In this document: positions 57,315 to 64,000 of the stretch, piece after piece
How positions within the stretch are numbered: the first letter of the stretch is position 1
How the letters are laid out: the number at the start of each line of letters is the position of its first letter
DNA from: Bacilli bacterium
Lineage (GTDB): Bacteria > Bacillota_I > Bacilli_A > RFN20 > CAG-826
DNA: 64,000 nucleotides
NCBI GenBank assembly: GCA_024695105.1
Contig: JAILIV010000076.1
Coordinates: forward strand, 5,156 to 69,155
Reading direction: 5' to 3'
The notes under the pieces: generated by a model
What the model was told of the DNA's origin: nothing
Database searches by the model: none
The model's input: only the letters and a program-made list of their open reading frames with translations
Translations under genes and position numbers: made by a program

Positions 57315-59027
57315 ATGAGACCGACCTTCCTTTTGTCACCTCTGCAAACCGGGCTGATCATCGGCGTCGCCGTCGTGCTGGCCATCGGGATTTACCTATT
57401 GCTCCATTTCACGTTGCTTTCCTCGATCCGTTATAAAAAGTCCGTTCGCGAACTTTCCCGTAGGTTCGAGTACCTTCATGCCTTGCTCACCGGCCAGGAT
57501 TCGCAATACCTCCACCGCATCGAGACCATCTCTCTCACCAATTTGCTTTATGCGGATAAGTTCGCTACGCTGACGAAGCGCTTCAAAGACATCCGCGACA
57601 AATCCGACGCGACCGCCCAAGCCGCGATCAACAACCTCAAAGACCTTCTTTCCGAGCGCAGCTACAAAGCGTTGAAAGCGGAACTTCCCAGAACCCGCGC
57701 CATCATCGACAACTACGACGAAGAGGTTAACGCGTTAAACAACGACTTCCTCGTCCTTATTAAGCCCGAAGAGGAGTGCCGTCAGCTTTCCCTTCGCCTT
57801 AAAGAGGAGTTGCGCAAGATTAAGCAGAGCTATTTCGTGAAGCAAGCCGATCTTTCGTTGGTGGCCTCTTCCTTCGAGACCGTTTTCCAAAACCTCGATG
57901 ACAAATTCCTTGAGTTCGAGCGTTTGGTCGAGAAGGCCCATTACGAGGAAGCCAAGCAATTGCTCCCCGAGATTTCGGGGGTCATCAAGGAATTGGCCCG
58001 TTGCCTACAAGAACTCCCCAACATCTGCGTGACGATCACCTCTATCATTCCCGACAAGCTCGCTTCCCTTCAAGACCGTTATGAAGAAATGGTCCGCGCT
58101 GATTTCCCGCTGCACCACCTCATCGTGAAGGGGAATATCGAGGACATGAACAACATGCTCGCGGAGATTACTGCCCGAGTGACCAACTTCGATTTACGTC
58201 GGGTCAATGAGGAACTCGACGCCATCATCGCCCGCATCGATGAGTACTTCGATCTGTTCGACAAAGAGAAAGAAGCGCGGTTGGTTTTTGAAAATGAGTG
58301 CGACGCGATCTACTTGGAAGAATCTTCCATCGAGAAGAAATACATCCGTCTTTCCAACGGGCTGCCTGACGTTAAGGCCATCTACGTCATTTCCGCGAAG
58401 GCACAAAGCCAAATCGACGGGATAAAGAACCTCATCAACAAAGCCGGCGCGACCAAGCGTTCTTTGGACACGTTGATCCATTCGGGGACCAAACAACCGT
58501 ATTCGTTGCTCGTGGAGCGCATGCACGTGCTGCGTGATGAGGCGGAGCAGGCATCTTCCGCGATTGATGAATTCGAACGTTACCTCTTCTCCTTGAAGAC
58601 CGATGCCGAAACCGCCCTTGCGACGGTGGAGGAATACAGTGGCAAACTCCATCTCTGCGAAGTCGCCTTGGATAAGATCGGCTTGGATTGCGTGAAGGAA
58701 AAATACGAGGCGACCATCGACGAATGCTACGGCTACATCGACCAGATCTTCGGCTTGGTCCACACGCTTCCGATCGACATCGACGCGGTTAACGAAGTCG
58801 TCAGCCGTCTAAACGAAGTGGGCAATGCCTGTTCTTCCGCGATCATGGGCGACTACGAGCAATGCATGCTCGCGGATTCGGCGATCGTCTACGCCAATCG
58901 CGACCGACGCCACCTTGGGGAAGTCAACGACGCCTTGAAACAAACCGAGAGCTATTATTTCTCCGGCGATTTCCACCGTGCCTATTCCGAGACAAGCGCG
59001 TGTCTGAAAAGGCTTCGTGGAGACTAA
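57315..59027 (+). CDS. ezrA: septation ring formation regulator EzrA
   Basis: A single N-terminal TM helix followed by ~540 aa of coiled coil. The EzrA-like size and pattern fit (IDNYDEEVN, QDRYEEMV). Confidence 0.8.
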   Translation: MRPTFLLSPLQTGLIIGVAVVLAIGIYLLLHFTLLSSIRYKKSVRELSRRFEYLHALLTGQDSQYLHRIETISLTNLLYADKFATLTKRFKDIRDKSDATAQAAINNLKDLLSERSYKALKAELPRTRAIIDNYDEEVNALNNDFLVLIKPEEECRQLSLRLKEELRKIKQSYFVKQADLSLVASSFETVFQNLDDKFLEFERLVEKAHYEEAKQLLPEISGVIKELARCLQELPNICVTITSIIPDKLASLQDRYEEMVRADFPLHHLIVKGNIEDMNNMLAEITARVTNFDLRRVNEELDAIIARIDEYFDLFDKEKEARLVFENECDAIYLEESSIEKKYIRLSNGLPDVKAIYVISAKAQSQIDGIKNLINKAGATKRSLDTLIHSGTKQPYSLLVERMHVLRDEAEQASSAIDEFERYLFSLKTDAETALATVEEYSGKLHLCEVALDKIGLDCVKEKYEATIDECYGYIDQIFGLVHTLPIDIDAVNEVVSRLNEVGNACSSAIMGDYEQCMLADSAIVYANRDRRHLGEVNDALKQTESYYFSGDFHRAYSETSACLKRLRGD

Positions 59028-59030
59028 AGG

Positions 59031-60161
59031 ATGACTTATTTGGACTTTGCTTCCTCGACTCCTCCCCGAAGCGAGGTTTTGGACCGTTTCGCGGAGCTGA
59101 ACCGGGAAAGTTTTGCCAATCCTTCTTCCACCCACGCATTAGGGCGCGAAGCGGAACGGAAGCTCGAGCAGGAACGGAAAACTTTGTTGGATCTTTTTGG
59201 CGTAGGGGCAAGCCACCGCGCCGTCTTTCTTTCTTCCGCGACGGAAGGAAACAACCTCGCCTTGAAAGGCGTGGCGCTTCAATACAGCAATCGCGGGAAG
59301 AAAATCTTGGTTTCCTCCACCGAGCATCCCTCTGTTATAGAACCACTCGATTACCTTGCGAATACCTATGGTTTTGAGGTGATCCGAATTCCCGTGGACT
59401 CCCTTGGGCGCGTTCTTCCTGAGACGTTGCAGGGGCTTATGGATAAGGACGTAATCCTCGTATCCGTGATGGGCGTGAACAACGAAACGGGCGCGGTGAA
59501 CGACCTTGCAGCCCTAAGCAAAATCGTCCACGCCTATCCTAAAGCCTTTTTTCATAGCGACCTCACGCAAGCCATCGGGAAGACGGATGTCCCTTATAAG
59601 GATTTGGACCTTTTCACGTTTTCGGCCCATAAGATCCATGGACTAAAAGGGGTAGGGGCTTTGGTGCTTCGCTCTTCCATCCGTTTGGTCCCATCCTTCC
59701 ATGGCGGAGGCCAGGAATATGGGTTCCGTTCCTCCACCGTCTCCCTTCCTTTGGCGGGTAGTCTGGTCAAGGCCGTCGCACTGTCCTTAAAAGAGCAAAA
59801 GAAGAGCATCGCCCACGTTTCCGCCTTGCGGGACGTCTTATTGGAAGGACTTCAAGAGAAAGGAATGGTTTTGAATTCCTATCCCGAAGGGTGTCCTTTC
59901 GTCGTGAACTTTTCTTTGCCTCTCCACAAGGCTTCCGTCATCGTCGAAGGGCTCTCCCAACGGGGCATATACGTCTCAAGCCTCTCTGCTTGTTCCTCAA
60001 AGACGGACCAAGTGTCCTACGTGCTGCTTGCCATGGGCAAGAGCAAAGAAGAGGCGGGCAACTCCATCCGTGTTTCCTTGGATGGAAGCACTTCGCTTGA
60101 AGAGGTGGAGTCGTTCCTGAATAATCTTTCCGCTTTGCTACTGGAGGTGCGCCCGCGATGA
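59031..60161 (+). CDS. cysteine desulfurase (class V aminotransferase, NifS/IscS-like)
   Basis: PLP-lysine motif FSAHKIHGLKGVGAL and the active-site loop SSLSACSS. It is coupled to thiI. Confidence 0.9.
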   Translation: MTYLDFASSTPPRSEVLDRFAELNRESFANPSSTHALGREAERKLEQERKTLLDLFGVGASHRAVFLSSATEGNNLALKGVALQYSNRGKKILVSSTEHPSVIEPLDYLANTYGFEVIRIPVDSLGRVLPETLQGLMDKDVILVSVMGVNNETGAVNDLAALSKIVHAYPKAFFHSDLTQAIGKTDVPYKDLDLFTFSAHKIHGLKGVGALVLRSSIRLVPSFHGGGQEYGFRSSTVSLPLAGSLVKAVALSLKEQKKSIAHVSALRDVLLEGLQEKGMVLNSYPEGCPFVVNFSLPLHKASVIVEGLSQRGIYVSSLSACSSKTDQVSYVLLAMGKSKEEAGNSIRVSLDGSTSLEEVESFLNNLSALLLEVRPR

Positions 60162-61336
60162 AAGCCGATACCTTGATGATTCATTATGGCGAATTGTCCA
60201 CGAAAGGGGACAATCGCAAGGCCTTCATTACCTGCCTTTTGCACAACGTGCGGGTCGCCTTGAAGAAGTTCGGGCTTCCTTGCCACGCCGACCGTGACCA
60301 CATCTATGTACAACTAGGGGAGGAAGACCCGCGGCCCATCATCGCCAGGCTGAAGGAGGTTTCGGGAATCCAACGTATTTCCGTAGTCATGAAGACCGCC
60401 CCCCAATTAGAGGAAATGAGGGAGGGCGTGCTTCAACTTTTAAAGGAAGAAAACAAAGAAACGTTTAAGATCGACGTCAAGCGCGTCGACAAGCGCTTTC
60501 CTTTGGATTCCTATGGGATTACCTGCGATTTGGCGGATTACGTGTTGGACCATTCTGACTATGCCGTGGACCTTCATCAGCCCGGCGCGAAGGTCAAAGT
60601 GACCCTTCGGTCTGACGCGGCCTATCTTTCCTGCCACGAGGAATTGGGGCTAGGCGGATATCCGTTAGGGATGATTGGGAAGGTCACGATGATGCTTTCC
60701 GGCGGCATCGATTCCCCCGTGGCGGCCTACGCCCTTATCCGCCGCGGCATCAAGGTGGAGTGCCTGCACTTTGCCTCTCCTCCTTATACCTCTTATGCGG
60801 TCGTGGACAAGCTCAAGGACATCTTGGTTTGTCTAAACGATTATCAACCCGACATCAAGCTTCAAATCGTTCCCTTCACGAAGATTCAGGAAGCGATTTA
60901 TGAAAGCGTTCCAGAACCATATTGCATCACGGTTATGCGCCGCATGATGATTCGTATCGCCGTGGCGATGGCAAAGAAAAACAAGGCTTTGGCGGTCGCG
61001 ACGGGCGAATCCATCGGGCAGGTGGCGTCGCAGACGCTAGAATCCATTGGGGTCATCGAGGAAGTGACCAACTTCCCCATCCTCCGCCCTTTGTGCGTGG
61101 AGGATAAACTTTCCATCATCGAGCAGGCAAAGCGCTTAGGGACCTATGAGATCTCCATCCGTCCGTACGAAGATTGCTGCACGATCTTTAAACCGAAGCG
61201 GCCCAAGACCAAACCAAAGTTAGAAGACGCCAAGTTCTATGAATCGAAGTTTGACTACGAAACCCTGATTCAGGAATGCTTGCAAAACATTGAGACGATC
61301 TACATTTCCGAAGGCAAGGAAGTGGAGGGAAAGTGA
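60158..61336 (+). CDS. thiI: tRNA 4-thiouridine synthase ThiI (no rhodanese domain)
   Basis: THUMP-type N-terminus and the PP-loop MLSGGIDSPVAAY. ATGA overlap with the desulfurase gene. Confidence 0.9.
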   Translation: MKADTLMIHYGELSTKGDNRKAFITCLLHNVRVALKKFGLPCHADRDHIYVQLGEEDPRPIIARLKEVSGIQRISVVMKTAPQLEEMREGVLQLLKEENKETFKIDVKRVDKRFPLDSYGITCDLADYVLDHSDYAVDLHQPGAKVKVTLRSDAAYLSCHEELGLGGYPLGMIGKVTMMLSGGIDSPVAAYALIRRGIKVECLHFASPPYTSYAVVDKLKDILVCLNDYQPDIKLQIVPFTKIQEAIYESVPEPYCITVMRRMMIRIAVAMAKKNKALAVATGESIGQVASQTLESIGVIEEVTNFPILRPLCVEDKLSIIEQAKRLGTYEISIRPYEDCCTIFKPKRPKTKPKLEDAKFYESKFDYETLIQECLQNIETIYISEGKEVEGK

Positions 61337-61343
61337 GGGATCC

Positions 61344-62189
61344 ATGGCAACGTATCTAAACGAGACTTTTGTGGGCGAACGCGCATTGTTTAAAACGCGT
61401 GACGCCTATGTGGAGGAATGCACCTTTGAGGATGGAGAATCTCCACTAAAAGAAGCCAAAGACGTGGACGTGGTCCATTGCGATTTCGGGTACAAATACC
61501 CGTTATGGTATGGGAAAGACATCAATGTCATCGAAAGTTTGTTCCGCCCCATGGCCCGCGCGGGGGTTTGGTATACAAAGGATGCCCATTTTGTACATTG
61601 CACCTTCGAGGCCCCGAAACTGTTCCGTAAATGCAAAGGGCTATCGATTGAGGATGCCGAGTTCTCCGATGCGCAGGAGACCTTGTGGTGGAACTCCGAC
61701 GTGACCCTTACCGATGCCATTGCGAAAAACGGCGACTATTTCGGAATGGGCAGTAAAAACATGGAAGTGGACCATTTGGATATCCAAGGAAACTACGCCT
61801 TTGACGGGTGTTCCGATCTGGTCGTTCGAAATAGCGTCTTGCGCACCAAGGACGCCTTCTGGAACTGCAAGCGCGTTACCGTGGAAAATTGCTATATCGA
61901 GGGGGAATACTTTGGATGGAATAGCGAGGACGTGACGCTGATTCATTGTGAAATCCGTTCGCACCAAGGATTCTGCTATATGAAGAATGTCAAACTCGTG
62001 GATTGCCGAGTGGTGGATACGGATTTGGCCTTTGAATATTGCTCGGACATCGACGCCGACATCGTCACTACGGTCGATTCCATCAAAAACCCTATCTCCG
62101 GCGTCATTCGTTGCGCAGGGGTAGGGGAGCTTATCTTCGACGATCCCAAGATAAAAAGAGAGAACACGCGCATCGAATATGGCGAATAA
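61344..62189 (+). CDS. DUF3737-family protein (beta-helix repeats)
   Basis: The N-terminus NETFVGERALFKTRDAYVEECTFEDGESPLKEAKDV...YKYPLWY matches the DUF3737 pattern. SD GAGGGA upstream. Confidence 0.7.
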   Translation: MATYLNETFVGERALFKTRDAYVEECTFEDGESPLKEAKDVDVVHCDFGYKYPLWYGKDINVIESLFRPMARAGVWYTKDAHFVHCTFEAPKLFRKCKGLSIEDAEFSDAQETLWWNSDVTLTDAIAKNGDYFGMGSKNMEVDHLDIQGNYAFDGCSDLVVRNSVLRTKDAFWNCKRVTVENCYIEGEYFGWNSEDVTLIHCEIRSHQGFCYMKNVKLVDCRVVDTDLAFEYCSDIDADIVTTVDSIKNPISGVIRCAGVGELIFDDPKIKRENTRIEYGE

Positions 62190-63348
62190 AGAATTCGACG
62201 AAATCGTGAACCGTCGCCATAGCGGATCCATTAAATGGAACGTGAAAGACGGTGAGCTGCCCATGTGGGTGGCGGACATGGATTTCAAAACGGCCCCCGC
62301 GGTGGTCGAAGCACTGCGAAAACGCGTGGAGCATGGCGTGTTTGGCTATTGCGCCCCGGACCAGGAATGGGCGGACGCCTACGTATCGTTTTACGGTGAC
62401 CGTTATGGGTGGAACATCAATCCAAAGGATTTGGTGTTTTGTTTGGGCGTGGTGCCAGTGTTGTCTTCTTCCGTCCGCGCCTTGACCAGCGTGGGCGATA
62501 ACGTCGTCCTGTTCACCCCCGTTTACAACATCTTCTTTAATTCGATTGTGAACAATAAGCGCGTTCCTTTGCCTGTTCCTCTTTTAGAGGAAAACGGGGC
62601 TTTCCATTTGAATTATCCGGCGATTGAAAAGGCGTTCGCGGATGAGAAGACTACCTTGTGCTTTTTCTGTAACCCGCATAACCCTGTGGGCAAAATCTTC
62701 GCGAAAGAAGAAATGGGCCGTTTAGCGGATTTGGCACGGAAACACGGGGTGAGGATTCTTTCCGATGAAATCCATGGGCCCGTTTCCCGCCCTGGGCACC
62801 CTTACGTTCCTTTCTTGTCTCTTGATGGCGTGGAGGACGTTGTCTATAGCGCGATTTCCCCCACAAAGGCTTTTAACCTCGCGGGCATCCATACGGCCGC
62901 GATCGTCATGCCAAACGAAGAAATCCGCAAGAAGGTGGAACGGCAGATCAATACGGATGAGGTCGCGGAGCCTAACGTCTTCTCCTGCGTCGCCTCTACG
63001 GCCGCCTTTAATGAGGGCAGGGAATGGCTAGATAACCTTAACGAATACGTTTTCGCCAATCGCGATTATGCGGAGACCTATATCCAGGAAAACATCCCCG
63101 AACTGATCCCCATTCATGGGGATGCGACGTATTTGCTGTGGGTGGATTGCCGCAAGATTTGCGCCGATTCTCGTCCTTTTTTGGAATTCTTGCGCGAAAA
63201 AACGGGTTTATTTGTTTCCGCGGGGGAAATCTATGGCCCTGGCGGGGAAGGGTTTGTCCGTATCAATTTGGCCGCTCCGCGAAGTCTCGTCGAAGATGGC
63301 TTAAGGCGATTAAAAGAAGGCGTCGTCTCTTTCCGAAACAAGCGATAG
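62179..63348 (+). CDS. patB: PatB/MalY-type cystathionine beta-lyase (class I/II aminotransferase)
   Basis: The N-terminus FDEIVNRRHSGSIKW, then FCNPHNPVGK and SPTKAFNLAG (PLP lysine). Confidence 0.85.
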   Translation: MANKEFDEIVNRRHSGSIKWNVKDGELPMWVADMDFKTAPAVVEALRKRVEHGVFGYCAPDQEWADAYVSFYGDRYGWNINPKDLVFCLGVVPVLSSSVRALTSVGDNVVLFTPVYNIFFNSIVNNKRVPLPVPLLEENGAFHLNYPAIEKAFADEKTTLCFFCNPHNPVGKIFAKEEMGRLADLARKHGVRILSDEIHGPVSRPGHPYVPFLSLDGVEDVVYSAISPTKAFNLAGIHTAAIVMPNEEIRKKVERQINTDEVAEPNVFSCVASTAAFNEGREWLDNLNEYVFANRDYAETYIQENIPELIPIHGDATYLLWVDCRKICADSRPFLEFLREKTGLFVSAGEIYGPGGEGFVRINLAAPRSLVEDGLRRLKEGVVSFRNKR

Positions 63349-63350
63349 AA

Positions 63351-63376
63351 AAAGCGACCCGAGGGTCGCTTTTGCT
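63351..63376. terminator. bidirectional terminator between patB and rplT
   Basis: AAAGCGACCC-GA-GGGTCGCTTT, a 10-bp perfect stem followed by TGCTTT. Confidence 0.85.
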
Positions 63377-63387
63377 TTGGGTTTGCC

Positions 63388-63747
63388 TTACTTCGCGAGG
63401 GCTTTCTTTGCGGTCTCGACCAAGCCGGTGAAGGCTTTGGGGTCGGCGATGGCGATCTCAGAGAGCATCTTGCGGTTGATGGCGATCTCGGACTTCTTCA
63501 AGCCATCCATGAACTTGGAGTAGGAGATGTCGTTGAGACGGCAAGCGGCGTTGATGCGCTTGATCCACAACTTGCGGTAGTCACGCTTGACGAGACGACG
63601 GGAGTTGTACGCGTAACGAAGGGAGTGGCAGACTTGCTCCTTCGCGGTCTTGAACAGGAGGTGTTTGGACCCGAAGTAGCCTTCCGCGGCCTTCAGGATC
63701 TTTTTACGACGGGCACGGGTAACGGTGCCACCTTTGACTCTAGCCAT
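63388..63747 (-). CDS. rplT: 50S ribosomal protein L20
   Basis: [26 protein letters not shown]. Confidence 0.97.
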   Translation of the reverse strand: MARVKGGTVTRARRKKILKAAEGYFGSKHLLFKTAKEQVCHSLRYAYNSRRLVKRDYRKLWIKRINAACRLNDISYSKFMDGLKKSEIAINRKMLSEIAIADPKAFTGLVETAKKALAK

Positions 63748-63765
63748 TGTTTCTTATCTCCTTTC

Positions 63766-63960
63766 TTATTTCACGATCATGAACTTGATGCGACGGTAGT
63801 CCGTGCGGTCAAGCATGCCCGAGCGGCGCAGCTGGCGGGATTGCTTCGGGGTTTTGTAGGGGGCGTGATGCCCTTTGTAGGCGTGGATGTACTTGATTTT
63901 ACCGGTGCCGGTAACTTTGATCCGCTTCATCAAGGAGCGGTTGGATTTCATCTTTGGCAT
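63766..63960 (-). CDS. rpmI: 50S ribosomal protein L35
   Basis: MPKMKSNRSLMKRIKVTGTGKI. Confidence 0.95.
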   Translation of the reverse strand: MPKMKSNRSLMKRIKVTGTGKIKYIHAYKGHHAPYKTPKQSRQLRRSGMLDRTDYRRIKFMIVK

Positions 63961-63972
63961 GATTCTCTCCTT

Positions 63973-64000
63973 TTACTTTTTGCTTTTCGATGCGAGGATG
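63973..64000 (-). CDS. infC: probable 3' end of translation initiation factor IF-3 (truncated by the window edge)
   Basis: Only 8 codons plus the stop are visible (..ILASKSKK-TAA). The call rests on the conserved infC-rpmI-rplT synteny. Confidence 0.45.

Overview
This is a densely coding chromosomal segment from a Bacillota (Firmicutes)-type bacterium that uses the standard genetic code (TGA is a stop). The lineage markers are glgD, ezrA, rqcH, a CIRCE operator in front of groESL, and the priA-rsmB-rlmN-prpC-prkC-rpe locus. A lipobox on ATP synthase subunit b and a PASTA-less PrkC hint at an Erysipelotrichia/Mollicutes-like lineage, but that is only a guess.

Recognisable content, left to right:
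- a giant orphan protein that is open at the left edge, followed by yigZ and pepP
- glpK plus three uncharacterised genes
- a TGS-uridine-kinase-like gene and pfk
- an insulated 8-gene island of small unknown proteins (14.39-17.86 kb)
- the full F1Fo operon atpIBEFHAGDC and an ATP-grasp gene
- a minus-strand operon of rqcH, a kinase-like gene and a thioredoxin-like lipoprotein
- gmk, priA, a degenerate rsmB-like gene, rlmN, prpC, prkC and rpe
- rpmB, glgCDA, leuS, coaX with an ECF S-component, pepV and trmB
- a 371-bp AT-rich spacer, a LacI-family regulator and CIRCE-groESL
- a decayed radical-SAM pseudogene, tyrS, a DUF362 gene, rpsD, a DUF1295 gene and ezrA
- nifS/iscS-like, thiI, DUF3737 and patB/malY-like genes
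- rplT, rpmI and the tail of infC

I saw no rRNA, tRNA, CRISPR array, transposase, integrase or phage gene. I moved many ORF-track starts to internal ATGs on the basis of homologue N-termini, Shine-Dalgarno sequences or 4-nt ATGA overlaps. The ORF track also begins some ORFs at GTG or TTG.

Most worth a second look:
- the 8-gene island of DUF1963-like proteins and small paralogues
- the giant orphan protein
- an RsmB-like protein that has lost its SAM motif and both catalytic cysteines
- a recurring -10-hexamer-N6-9-ATG arrangement that suggests leaderless mRNAs, including both aminoacyl-tRNA synthetase genes, neither of which has a T-box
- a 14-nt motif repeated exactly in two promoter regions
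- a two-carboxylate, Na+-type signature in ATP synthase subunit c

All homology statements come from by-eye motif recognition. No database search was run.
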